Below are positions 10,048-18,391 of a DNA stretch of 35,812 bases, piece after piece. This stretch comes from a virus (lineage: Duplodnaviria; Caudoviricetes): IMG/VR virus record IMGVR_UViG_3300024181_000002, positions 1-35,812 of that record; one strand, given 5' to 3'. Below the pieces are notes generated by a model. That model did not search any database. It was not told the DNA's origin and saw nothing but the letters and a program-made list of their open reading frames with translations. A program made the position numbers and the translations under genes. How positions within the stretch are numbered: the first letter of the stretch is position 1; the number at the start of each line of letters is the position of its first letter.

Positions 10048-10439
10048 ACGGTTGGCGCTCGCGTTTATTGCTTATTGCCGTCTTTTTTATTGCGGCAAAG
10101 ATTCATGATTGGGTCATGCTAGGGTGTGCTAATACACCTCAGATGATGGCTATCTATCATGGAAGCGCGGGTGCTGTAGATTTGCTTCTGTTGTATGTCG
10201 CTCAGCATCACATCAGCGGAAGATTGTGCGATCACATACAGGCCACATGCATTGCCTCAGTGATCATTAATTTCGTAGGTTATCGCCTATACATGGCCTA
10301 TTCCCCGCCAGATTTTTACAACTATCTGATTGCGGGATTAAGCTATGTGCAATATCTACGATTACTTTATGTGGGCCGCCACGATGCTGACTATTACGAG
10401 CACGCTGTGGTTCCTGGCGCTCCTAGTGTCAGGGCTTAG
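10044..10439 (+). CDS. Small multi-pass (about 4 TM) membrane protein, function unknown
   Basis: Four hydrophobic segments in 131 aa; directly upstream of lysis genes. Confidence 0.75.
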   Translation: MNGWRSRLLLIAVFFIAAKIHDWVMLGCANTPQMMAIYHGSAGAVDLLLLYVAQHHISGRLCDHIQATCIASVIINFVGYRLYMAYSPPDFYNYLIAGLSYVQYLRLLYVGRHDADYYEHAVVPGAPSVRA

Positions 10440-10462
10440 GCTAATCATTAAGCGAAAACGAA

Positions 10463-10708
10463 ATGAACGATCAAATCGACAACGCAAAAGAAGCCATTTT
10501 CACGGCGGCTAGTAATCCGAAAGTTGCTACATTTGTTGCCGCTGGTGCTGGTGCAACCGGCGTAGCTTCAAGGATGGAGATCATTACCGGCTGGATGGGA
10601 TTTATCTCTGTGACATTAGGTATGTGTACTGCTGCTGTTGTATTGACGATTCAGATTATCAAACTTGTCAGGGAATGGCGCAGCTATCGGCAGGAGGATG
10701 AAGCATGA
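10463..10708 (+). CDS. Putative holin
   Basis: 81 aa, 1-2 TM segments, charged C-terminus, upstream of endolysin. Confidence 0.6.
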   Translation: MNDQIDNAKEAIFTAASNPKVATFVAAGAGATGVASRMEIITGWMGFISVTLGMCTAAVVLTIQIIKLVREWRSYRQEDEA

Positions 10709-10797
10709 AATTCATTCTTAAAAAGCTCCGAAAGCTTGCAGAAGATCATCCAGAGTTATTCATTTGGATTAACCTTTTCATAAATTACAAGGTTTAA
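10705..10797 (+). CDS. 30-aa amphipathic peptide MKFILKKLRKLAEDHPELFIWINLFINYKV
   Basis: GGAGG RBS at 10693; ATGA overlap with holin; fills the gap to the endolysin. Confidence 0.55.
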   Translation: MKFILKKLRKLAEDHPELFIWINLFINYKV

Positions 10798-10799
10798 TC

Positions 10800-11216
10800 A
10801 TGAATCGTGAAAAACTGATTGCCCATCTCGTCCAAGAGGAAGGTAAGGTAAATAAGCCTTATCGCGATACTGTCGGCAAATGGACAGCAGGTGTTGGCCG
10901 GAATCTAGACGATGTCGGGCTATCTGATGATGAGATCATGTACCTACTAGGCAATGATATCAATCGAGTAGAGAAACAGTTAGACACTAATCTGACATGG
11001 TGGCGCGGCATGTGCGATGCAAGGCAAAATGCTCTTGCTTCCATGTGTTTTCAGTTAGGTATTTCTGGTCTTTTGGCATTTAAAAATTCATTGCAATTGC
11101 TTCGCAATGGGCAATATTCTGCCGCAGCCGATGAATTCTTAAATAGCAAATGGGCTAGCCAAGTACCAGCCAGGGCAAAACGTGTTACCGATATGATTCG
11201 AACAGGAGAATACTAA
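10800..11216 (+). CDS. Endolysin, T4-like lysozyme (GH24)
   Basis: EEG...PYRDTVGKWTAGVGRNL catalytic E/D/T motif; MCFQLG; SKWASQVPARA. Confidence 0.92.
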   Translation: MNREKLIAHLVQEEGKVNKPYRDTVGKWTAGVGRNLDDVGLSDDEIMYLLGNDINRVEKQLDTNLTWWRGMCDARQNALASMCFQLGISGLLAFKNSLQLLRNGQYSAAADEFLNSKWASQVPARAKRVTDMIRTGEY

Positions 11217-11644
11217 TGACTGCTGCTGACCCAATTACTGCGGTTCTCAATATCGGAAGTACGCTCATCGAGCGATTGTTCCCAGATCCTGCTCAAAAAG
11301 CTCAGGCAAGCATGGAGTTGCTAAAACTTCAGCAATCAGGCGAACTTGCTCAGATGACTGCGGATACGCAACTAGCAACCGCACAGACTGATATCAATAA
11401 GGTTGAAGCTCAGAGCGCGTCCTTGTTCGTTTCAGGTTGGCGTCCATGTCTTGGATGGGTATGTAGCTTATCCTTCGGGTTTAAGTTCATTGGCGGCCCA
11501 TTGCTTGTTATGATTGCCTCATATTTTGGACATACAGTGCAGCTTCCACAGTTTGACTATTCAGAAATGTCTACCATTCTCATGGGCATTCTTGGTTTAG
11601 GTACTATGCGGACATTCGAAAAGATCCGAGGCGCATCCAAATAG
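11216..11644 (+). CDS. Holin of 3TMs (GTA-type) family protein
   Basis: FVSGWRP..GWVC and LGLG.MRTFEK signatures. Confidence 0.85.
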   Translation: MTAADPITAVLNIGSTLIERLFPDPAQKAQASMELLKLQQSGELAQMTADTQLATAQTDINKVEAQSASLFVSGWRPCLGWVCSLSFGFKFIGGPLLVMIASYFGHTVQLPQFDYSEMSTILMGILGLGTMRTFEKIRGASK

Positions 11645-11678
11645 AAAAAGCCCGCATCAATAGCGGGCTTTCTCTTTT
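11645..11678. terminator. Bidirectional intrinsic terminator between convergent arms
   Basis: AAAAAGCCCGC-atcaata-GCGGGCTTTCTCTTTT. Confidence 0.85.
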
Positions 11679-11689
11679 GCTCTTAGCGA

Positions 11690-12154
11690 TTAAGGATTGG
11701 AAATCGCTACGATACCCTGTTTGATCACACAGTTATCGTTGATGTTATCTACAGCCTGGATAGAACCCACTTGATAGGTAAGTTGCGAGAATGGGCTATT
11801 GCAACGTACCTCTACTGGAGCCTGAGCGCCAACATATTCATTGGTTGAACTAATTTGCAGGAACAGGCCGGTGCTGGTAGCCATGGTCACGAATTTACCC
11901 CAGATCAGACCAGACGAGTTGTCAACATATGCTCGGGTAGTGAACACAGTGGTGCCGGTATTATCAACAGTGGCTTTGGTCACTTGTAGGCCATTGGTGA
12001 CTTTCTTCACGCGGGTAGCGCCTTCAACGGTGAAATTAGTACCAGCAGTATCGGTGAAGTTTTGCGACAAAGTGGCAGCATGAGAGCCACCACAGGCCAG
12101 CAGGCCAAGAGCCATCAGACATGCAGACAGAGCTACAATAATTGCTTTTTTCAT
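11690..12154 (-). CDS. Exported lipoprotein (moron / exclusion candidate)
   Basis: AAGGAG RBS; MKK plus hydrophobic signal and lipobox LLAC; beta-rich mature part with Cys pair. Confidence 0.7.
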   Translation of the reverse strand: MKKAIIVALSACLMALGLLACGGSHAATLSQNFTDTAGTNFTVEGATRVKKVTNGLQVTKATVDNTGTTVFTTRAYVDNSSGLIWGKFVTMATSTGLFLQISSTNEYVGAQAPVEVRCNSPFSQLTYQVGSIQAVDNINDNCVIKQGIVAISNP

Positions 12155-12244
12155 TTAAAACTCCTTCAGGATATTCCAGGCTACCGGCCTGGTTTCGGTA
12201 CAGCAAAATTGTACATCAGCTATATTGCAAATAACGATTATTTA

Positions 12245-12820
12245 TTAATCAGTTATCTTAATTTCCCATGCCATCAAGGCATTGAAAATGCGGCTATCGA
12301 TCATTGATTGCCACTGCTTGGCAACCTCTTTGATTCGCTGTTCCTTCGCCTTCTTATAGGCGGCGAAAGCCTCTTCCTTCGTTGGGTACTTACCAAGGTA
12401 GATAGTCTTTGGCTTCACCATGATCTGCGCCACAAAACCTCGTCCATCTATCTTGATGCCAGTTGGCAGGTTTGCTTTCTTGCTCACCTTTGGGATGATG
12501 CAGGAGTTGATCTGCCCCGGCACGAAGGCGCATGTTTCTGGGCTATAGATACGATTTCCACGAACCAAAATATCCTTGTCAATCTCAAATCCGCTAACAC
12601 CGTAGCCAACTTGCTGCTCAGCCCACTCTCTGAAGAACGAGAAGCTCCAAAACCGCTGGTCAACATGGCAGTCGTTGTATTTTTCATAGTCGTACTTCCG
12701 GTATGCGCTATGGCAGCGACGCATCATGCTGTACCAAGTCTGGAAAATTTTAGTCTTCTTGGTCACAGAATCGAATTTTTCTGGATGACCAGTCAGGCAG
12801 AATAGTGGCTTCGCTTGCAT
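12245..12820 (-). CDS. HNH-AP2 type putative homing endonuclease
   Basis: W.SM.RRC, DKDIL..GNRIYSPETC.FVP..N, and AP2-like YLG.Y.T.EEAF.AY motifs. Confidence 0.8.
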   Translation of the reverse strand: MQAKPLFCLTGHPEKFDSVTKKTKIFQTWYSMMRRCHSAYRKYDYEKYNDCHVDQRFWSFSFFREWAEQQVGYGVSGFEIDKDILVRGNRIYSPETCAFVPGQINSCIIPKVSKKANLPTGIKIDGRGFVAQIMVKPKTIYLGKYPTKEEAFAAYKKAKEQRIKEVAKQWQSMIDSRIFNALMAWEIKITD

Positions 12821-13308
12821 CAGTACTCCTTTAAGGCCGTGTCATAGGCAGCGACGTGCGCAGGATTGATGCCGTCAGCCCATACGTCCTTGGCTGGCTC
12901 TTGCTGTGCGGGTGAGAGAAGTAACTTCACATCAGCAAAGCGCAAGAACCCGCCTTTTGGATTTGGCGTGCAGTAAGCATTTCCGAATTCTGGATCAACT
13001 GCTGGCGTGTAGCGCGTCAGGTCATCAGGATCAGCCGCTTGCCTTTCGGCGATGGCCTTCCAGTGATCGCGGTCGGCTACCAGTAGCTCGTATGCGCTGT
13101 CCGGCGCTTTCATGCCTTCCGCGAATGCCTCTTCCCTATCCTTTTCGCGCACGGCTTCGATGTGGGCGATGAATGCTGAGACAGTTTCGTTAAAGTCAAA
13201 GCCAAGACTGCTGGCGCGCACCGCATAAAGTCGTTCGCGGAACTCAGGCGTGTCAATCGTGCTCTCTGCTTTGCCAGAGGTGATCTGGCTTTCGGTGGTG
13301 GTATTCAT
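12820..13308 (-). CDS. Hypothetical early protein
   Basis: Coupled ORF in leftward operon. Confidence 0.65.
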   Translation of the reverse strand: MNTTTESQITSGKAESTIDTPEFRERLYAVRASSLGFDFNETVSAFIAHIEAVREKDREEAFAEGMKAPDSAYELLVADRDHWKAIAERQAADPDDLTRYTPAVDPEFGNAYCTPNPKGGFLRFADVKLLLSPAQQEPAKDVWADGINPAHVAAYDTALKEY

Positions 13309-13628
13309 ACAGAACCTTTCTCATAAACTGGCATAAATCCATGTGCATGCTCAAGACCTGCTTTGAACTGCTTGCGCATCAAATCGGCCAGCTCTTCGGA
13401 AGTCATGACGATGCAATCGGCTTGGACTTTGACGAATACCCCATCTGGTACTATCTCTACCAAATCGTTGCATTCGATGCATTTCTGCGCTATTTCTCGT
13501 GCCAGCTTTTCGCGAATGGCTATAATTTCTTGCCCAACGTTGGAAGCGAACCTGTTAGCCAGCGTCATCTGCACAATTAAACGGCGATTTGGCAGTAAAT
13601 CCATATTGAAAACTGTATGCACTTGCAC
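13305..13628 (-). CDS. Hypothetical early protein
   Basis: AAGGAG RBS; GTG start; coupled to downstream gene. Confidence 0.65.
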   Translation of the reverse strand: MQVHTVFNMDLLPNRRLIVQMTLANRFASNVGQEIIAIREKLAREIAQKCIECNDLVEIVPDGVFVKVQADCIVMTSEELADLMRKQFKAGLEHAHGFMPVYEKGSV

Positions 13629-13659
13629 AGCGTTTCTCCTTAGAGTGATGAATGGGTAG

Positions 13660-13851
13660 TTATTCGGCCAAATCGCGCAGCAAGTAATGCTTCACGATCT
13701 CAAGCGCTCCGACCGCAGCGGATAGTGAAATCTCGCCATCGTATTCGTGAACCAGATCGTTGATTCGGCGAGCTAATTCACCTGCTTTCGGATCAATCTT
13801 GGCAGGCAATGGGAGTTTTAGTTCATTATTCGCCACGACTATCTCCATCAC
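13660..13851 (-). CDS. Hypothetical small protein
   Basis: Fits operon tiling. Confidence 0.55.
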   Translation of the reverse strand: MMEIVVANNELKLPLPAKIDPKAGELARRINDLVHEYDGEISLSAAVGALEIVKHYLLRDLAE

Positions 13852-13978
13852 TCAAGACATCAAGGCCAAAGCCAAAGATGCAAGATGCGAAGATCCCCGC
13901 TAGTATCGGTCCGATAAAGAAGGTCAGCGCAACAAAAGCGCCGAGTGCCGGGATCAGCGCAAATAAAAGCTTGCTCAT
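13826..13978 (-). CDS. Small membrane protein (50 aa)
   Basis: GGAGG RBS before MSKLLFALI; two hydrophobic segments. Confidence 0.6.
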   Translation of the reverse strand: MSKLLFALIPALGAFVALTFFIGPILAGIFASCIFGFGLDVLSDGDSRGE

Positions 13979-14298
13979 TTTGCCTCCCCTGTATCCGCCT
14001 GTTCTGGCTTGGTGGTGCGCGGCGAAACTGACCACTTGAACGGGCCTTCCCATCGCGCGTATTGGCTGCTGATGCTGTCTGGTTGTCCGTGCATCAGAAA
14101 CTTCCACCACGTGCAGAGGAATTCCCACGGAAGCCGATGCCAGCGCGCCAGCCTGTGGCGACGATGACGGATCACGGCGATGACGCACATCGTGTAATAG
14201 CTGAAGGCCGCTATGAAGGATGTGAGCATAGCCAGGGCCAGGTAAAGCGCGACAATGCCCCACAGCGCCACGCCGGACCAGTAGAAGAAATCAGCCAT
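13975..14298 (-). CDS. Membrane protein (107 aa)
   Basis: GGAG RBS before MADFFYW; long hydrophobic N-terminus. Confidence 0.6.
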   Translation of the reverse strand: MADFFYWSGVALWGIVALYLALAMLTSFIAAFSYYTMCVIAVIRHRRHRLARWHRLPWEFLCTWWKFLMHGQPDSISSQYARWEGPFKWSVSPRTTKPEQADTGEAK

Positions 14299-15403
14299 GA
14301 TCTCCCTCCGCTTTATCAGCGCTTTGCGCGAGTTGAGCGGCGCAGTCTTTCCATGCCGTCCAGTATGCATTCCATTCAATTCGACGCCGTGCCTCAAGGT
14401 CGTCGTATTCATCGCCTGGGAGTTCCATGCTTGGGTCTTGGAACTTCTGGCGGAAAGCGGACTTTGCCAGAGCCAAGGAATTCTTAGGCTCGGCCTGTGG
14501 CGGATGCTTCGGGCAGGGCCAGCGCAACGAGCCATCGCCGCTTGGGCATGTACATCCCTGCTGCACGGGCTTGGCTGCATCAAAGTCTTGCAACAGGTGC
14601 GCAAACGCTGGATCACCATCACGGCGAACGGCCTCAACGATAGCAAGGGCTGCGCCATACTTTGCATCGGTTGGGGGCTGGCTGGCCTCTGCCACGACAA
14701 GGGCGGCACGGGCCTGCCATGCTAGCCATTTGCCTTGGCTGGAATCCATCTTGTATTGGTCGGTCTGACCAAGGCGGAATGGTTTGCCCCACCACTCCGC
14801 ATGCCATGCTTCAAACGCTGCTCGTTCATCGGCTGTGTTGGGGATGCTCTGCTCTTGCGCTGGAACCTGTTTAGCAAGAGTGGCAGCAGCACCCCGCGCA
14901 TCGCGGAAACCTCGGTAATACAGGCCCTTTTCCCACGAGTTGTAATCCACATCAGGATCAAACAGTGAGCCATCAGGAATCGCCAGGATCGCCTTGCTCA
15001 GATCGGTCATCTGCACTACTGCCGGAACGGAAGAGGTGGCGTCTCGTCCAGCTTTTGCTTGAGTTGCAATATCCTTGCCAAGCAGGAAGAGGAAGCCAGG
15101 AGAGGTGGTCAGCAGTGGTGCGCCAATCTCCAGCCCCCTCGCCAGTTCAGCAAGGCGCTCGGTATCGCTATGCGCTGCTTGTGGTGCTGGTGCGAACAGG
15201 CGCGCATATTCAGCGGAGGCGGTAGCTTTTTTATTCAGCGGGTGATCGTCGGTCCATACGCCGATATCAGCTTCTTGGCATGCCTCGACCGATGGGGAAA
15301 TGCAGTCGTTCGGCCAGCGGCGGGATGCGATCGTTTCGACAACTCCTTGCTGACCAAGGCCGTCAAAGTCGATAACCAGCAATTCGATTTTGTATGCTTT
15401 CAC
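14291..15403 (-). CDS. Mosaic Ea-like accessory protein
   Basis: Patchwork of short modules (ERAAFEAW...WQARA; CTCPSGDGSLRWPCPKHP) joined by A/P/Q linkers, typical of proteobacterial phage early regions. Confidence 0.7.
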   Translation of the reverse strand: MKAYKIELLVIDFDGLGQQGVVETIASRRWPNDCISPSVEACQEADIGVWTDDHPLNKKATASAEYARLFAPAPQAAHSDTERLAELARGLEIGAPLLTTSPGFLFLLGKDIATQAKAGRDATSSVPAVVQMTDLSKAILAIPDGSLFDPDVDYNSWEKGLYYRGFRDARGAAATLAKQVPAQEQSIPNTADERAAFEAWHAEWWGKPFRLGQTDQYKMDSSQGKWLAWQARAALVVAEASQPPTDAKYGAALAIVEAVRRDGDPAFAHLLQDFDAAKPVQQGCTCPSGDGSLRWPCPKHPPQAEPKNSLALAKSAFRQKFQDPSMELPGDEYDDLEARRRIEWNAYWTAWKDCAAQLAQSADKAEGDHG

Positions 15404-15437
15404 TTTGTCTCTTCCTTAGATGGTTGGGTGGCTGCCA

Positions 15438-16190
15438 TTAGGCTGCAAATAGCGATTCCTGGATCGGGGCAATCTTGCGGTCCCAGAAGGTTGGCGACTG
15501 CTGCGACTCGATGCGCTCGCGCAGCACCTGGGCGCGCGCTGCTTTGTTGGCTGGCAGGTACGTGCCCTTCCATTTCATGTCGATACCAATGTTGCGCGCC
15601 ACATTGGTGCTGTCCGCAGAAGCGAAGGGAAAGCGGGTGTACACTTCTGGGTCCAGCATCCGCAGCCCATGCAGCTTGCACACCGGGCGCCCATCGCGGT
15701 CGCACACCACGTCCATTGCCTCGGCCATGCGGTTCCACCAGGCAGATGTGCCGATGGTGGCGAAGTCTCCGGAACTGCCCAGGCAGATGCGCGGCCAAGT
15801 CAATGCGAGGCGCTCCAGCCGTTCCAGACTTTCATGCAGGTGCCAAACCGGCGCTCCGACATGCGGCGCAGTCTTTCGCCAGGGCCATTGCTCGAGTAAT
15901 GCATCATTGGCTGCCTCATCGCCATCGATAACATCCGGGATTACGGCGAAATCGAACTGTGGATAGCGATGCAGTTCAGCAATCAGTTCGTAAAAAGGCT
16001 CCCAATCAGTGATGGGATTACCTGATGTCCACGCCGAGAAACCGCCATTATCAATGGCCATCGTGGCGCAGACGTCTAGGATCAGCGCGAGCTGGTCAAG
16101 TCTTGCGAACGACGGGAAACAATGTGCATTGGTGTAAAGGCGAACGGCTGCCGTTTCCGGCGTTGCCGGGCCACCATGGTAGTGTTTCAT
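15438..16190 (-). CDS. TGT/DpdA-like transglycosylase-fold protein
   Basis: DNGGFSAW (DSG-like), PDVI, PVWH, LGSSG, LHGL, SADST motifs in TGT-barrel order. Confidence 0.6.
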   Translation of the reverse strand: MKHYHGGPATPETAAVRLYTNAHCFPSFARLDQLALILDVCATMAIDNGGFSAWTSGNPITDWEPFYELIAELHRYPQFDFAVIPDVIDGDEAANDALLEQWPWRKTAPHVGAPVWHLHESLERLERLALTWPRICLGSSGDFATIGTSAWWNRMAEAMDVVCDRDGRPVCKLHGLRMLDPEVYTRFPFASADSTNVARNIGIDMKWKGTYLPANKAARAQVLRERIESQQSPTFWDRKIAPIQESLFAA

Positions 16191-16435
16191 GCTTCACCTC
16201 GCACCGTCTCGATATCCACGCCATGGTGATGCGCGGTCAGCGTCTGCTTGCCGCCAAAACGGGCAAACAACTGGTCGGCAATCTGCTCGTGGAAACCTTC
16301 CTTGATCAGCGCCGTCGCCGTGGTGATGTGCTCCACCTGGATCATACGTCCGTCCGTCTCGATGCGCAGGCTGTAAATAATCTGCTCGCCATTGTTTGGG
16401 CATGCAGCCGCGAATTTTCGCGCGTAGACGTTCAT
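16187..16435 (-). CDS. QueF-like T-fold small protein
   Basis: N-terminal CP, IQVE and FHEQIA motif similar to QueF FHEQ; coupled to the TGT-like gene. Confidence 0.55.
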   Translation of the reverse strand: MNVYARKFAAACPNNGEQIIYSLRIETDGRMIQVEHITTATALIKEGFHEQIADQLFARFGGKQTLTAHHHGVDIETVRGEA

Positions 16436-16797
16436 TTCGGCTCCTGTTGCTTGGTCTGTTCTGCTACTTGAGGGGCGGCGCTGAACATGGCCTCATACAG
16501 ATCAGATATGGCGCAGCCGCATTCATATGCGGCCTTAAGCATTTCTTTGGTCGGCACTTCTGGCATCAGCTTCCAGCCTTCCGGCACTCCCCTTGCTGCT
16601 TTGAGTGCGGAGACTTGCGCTTCCAACTCAGTGATCCTAGCAGCGCTCTTAGCTTCTGCAGCATCTTGCATGACACAGAATGCCTCCAAAGCGCGCTCAG
16701 GATCGCCTTTGAAGTATTCCCAGTATTCGACGTGAACAACCTCACGAATCAGCGCCATTGCTTCAACTGCGCGATCACCGTAGATATCGAAGGTCAT
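16432..16797 (-). CDS. Hypothetical protein with VPEGWKLMP.VPT.EM module
   Basis: Common phage accessory module; coupled ORF. Confidence 0.65.
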   Translation of the reverse strand: MTFDIYGDRAVEAMALIREVVHVEYWEYFKGDPERALEAFCVMQDAAEAKSAARITELEAQVSALKAARGVPEGWKLMPEVPTKEMLKAAYECGCAISDLYEAMFSAAPQVAEQTKQQEPK

Positions 16798-16976
16798 TTC
16801 TGATCCCCTTTGCGATCACTCAGAAACTTCTGATACTCCGGGAACAGCGAAGAACGATAGATTGCCGAGCGAGTGCAGCCTGCCTTATTGGCAGCATCGG
16901 TAATCGTCATCGTATCTGGATACTTGCGCAGCAGCTTAAATGCCTGGCGCACTTTTTCTGTTGGCTTTGTTGTCAT
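16794..16976 (-). CDS. Small HTH DNA-binding protein
   Basis: CAGGAGG RBS; TITDAANKAGCTRSAIYR helix-turn-helix. Confidence 0.7.
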   Translation of the reverse strand: MTTKPTEKVRQAFKLLRKYPDTMTITDAANKAGCTRSAIYRSSLFPEYQKFLSDRKGDQK

Positions 16977-17000
16977 TACTTCCTCCTGTTGAATAATCAC

Positions 17001-17028
17001 AGTATACACACTTGCGACAGGAACGCAA
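17001..17028 (-). promoter_or_regulatory. Sigma70-like promoter with internal inverted repeat
   Basis: TTGCGT-16-TATACT on - strand; TTGCG-N7-CGCAA inverted repeat overlaps the -35. Confidence 0.6.
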
Positions 17029-17053
17029 CACAAAATATACAACAAAGCGGAAA

Positions 17054-17078
17054 TAAAAAGCCGCCCGAAGACGGCTTG
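17054..17078 (-). terminator. Intrinsic terminator
   Basis: AAGCCGTC-TTCG-GGCGGCTTTTT on - strand. Confidence 0.85.
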
Positions 17079-17082
17079 TTGC

Positions 17083-17376
17083 TCACTTGGGCCATGCCTT
17101 ATGCTTAAGCTCCGCTTTCTGAGCTGCTAGCTCGTTAATCTGATCAGCGCATTGCTGAATTTGATCTATGGTTGCCCGAGCATCCTTCAGAAGTCCTGAG
17201 ATGTCGCATGGCTCGCCATCTTCAGGTTGCATCAGCCGAAGAATCTGCGAGCCAGCAGAGCTAAGCTGGCCGGTCAGGATTTGCAGGCGTTTGAGTTGAT
17301 CTTCATGGGCCGCTCTCACCGTGGAGAACTGCCCACGAGCGATAATCAGCTCTTGTGGGATAGATGTCAAATCCAT
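17083..17376 (-). CDS. Coiled-coil hypothetical protein
   Basis: Heptad-rich 97 aa ORF downstream of ssb. Confidence 0.65.
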   Translation of the reverse strand: MDLTSIPQELIIARGQFSTVRAAHEDQLKRLQILTGQLSSAGSQILRLMQPEDGEPCDISGLLKDARATIDQIQQCADQINELAAQKAELKHKAWPK

Positions 17377-17378
17377 GA

Positions 17379-17723
17379 CTAGCCTTCCTGCTTCGCGCCA
17401 AGCATCTGCATTTGCTCGGCAATGATATCCGTAGCATACTTTTCAACGCCGTCCTTGTCGGTGTACTTGCGCGTCTGTAGACGGCCCTCGATGTAGACGC
17501 TACTGCCCTTCCTTAAATACTGGCCGACAATCTCAGCCAACTTTCCGAAGAAACTGATTCGATGCCACTCGGTCTGCTCTTTCTGCTCGCCGGTATTGCG
17601 GTCCTTTGATTTGAAGCTGGTTGCTACCGCGATGTTAGCGATTGGATCGCCGCTAGCTGTATAGCGTACTTCCGGATCACGGCCCAGGTTTCCAACGATG
17701 ATGACCTTATTGACGCTTGCCAT
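17379..17723 (-). CDS. ssb: Single-stranded DNA-binding protein lacking the acidic tail
   Basis: [21 protein letters not shown]...TEWHR...[11 protein letters not shown] fold. Confidence 0.95.
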   Translation of the reverse strand: MASVNKVIIVGNLGRDPEVRYTASGDPIANIAVATSFKSKDRNTGEQKEQTEWHRISFFGKLAEIVGQYLRKGSSVYIEGRLQTRKYTDKDGVEKYATDIIAEQMQMLGAKQEG

Positions 17724-17725
17724 GT

Positions 17726-18337
17726 TTAGGCTCCTTTCTTGAGTTCGGCTATACGAGCCTTGAAGTGATCGGTGTAGTGCCGTGCCTGGTCAGCCGGCAG
17801 AGAATTCATGATCTTCGTCAGCTCTGGAATGTCTTTAGCAGCTGCAAACCTGGCTAGAACATCTGGGTCATGCTCGCTAGTGGATTGCTGTCTGTTTCCT
17901 TGTGGCGTAACTTGGTGCGTTTCTGCGTCAGGATCATGACTGGTTTCTTCTGTCGGGATGCAGAAGGCTTGGAATGCTGCATATTTGTACGCAATGGACA
18001 TTGCCTTGTTTGTTGCTTTATCGCCACTGTCCATCGCTTCCCCGAACATAGAGACAGTGTGCTTTGTCCCGTCAATGGCGCTAACGAAATCGAATTCTGC
18101 CTGCACGGTGACGTAGAAAAGGACGCCACCTTTGGCTGTCGTGCGCTCGGTGCTTTCACGCGATAGGCAGCGTGGAAGGATCAGTAGCTTATGCTTTGCA
18201 AGGAGAGGGGAGAGAGTGTTATAGACTGCATCGATCCCGCGAAACATGAACCCTTGCTGCTGGTTCTTGCTTGCCTTGGCGATGCCGATTTGAGCGAGTT
18301 CGTCTTGAACTGCATTGATTGCTTTATAGACTTCCAT
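17726..18337 (-). CDS. erf: ERF-family single-strand annealing protein
   Basis: [22 protein letters not shown]...F.IPTE..D.D signature; AAGGA RBS before ATG 18337. Confidence 0.9.
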   Translation of the reverse strand: MEVYKAINAVQDELAQIGIAKASKNQQQGFMFRGIDAVYNTLSPLLAKHKLLILPRCLSRESTERTTAKGGVLFYVTVQAEFDFVSAIDGTKHTVSMFGEAMDSGDKATNKAMSIAYKYAAFQAFCIPTEETSHDPDAETHQVTPQGNRQQSTSEHDPDVLARFAAAKDIPELTKIMNSLPADQARHYTDHFKARIAELKKGA

Positions 18338-18391
18338 GATATTCCTTAGAGTTGTGTAATGCCTGGTAGGCAAAATTCCTTCTGTGGCTGC

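Noticed and set aside
15059-15931. 290-aa + strand ORF and other long ORFs in 14000-16500
   Set aside because: The GC-rich region yields spurious frames; coupled - strand genes with motifs explain it.
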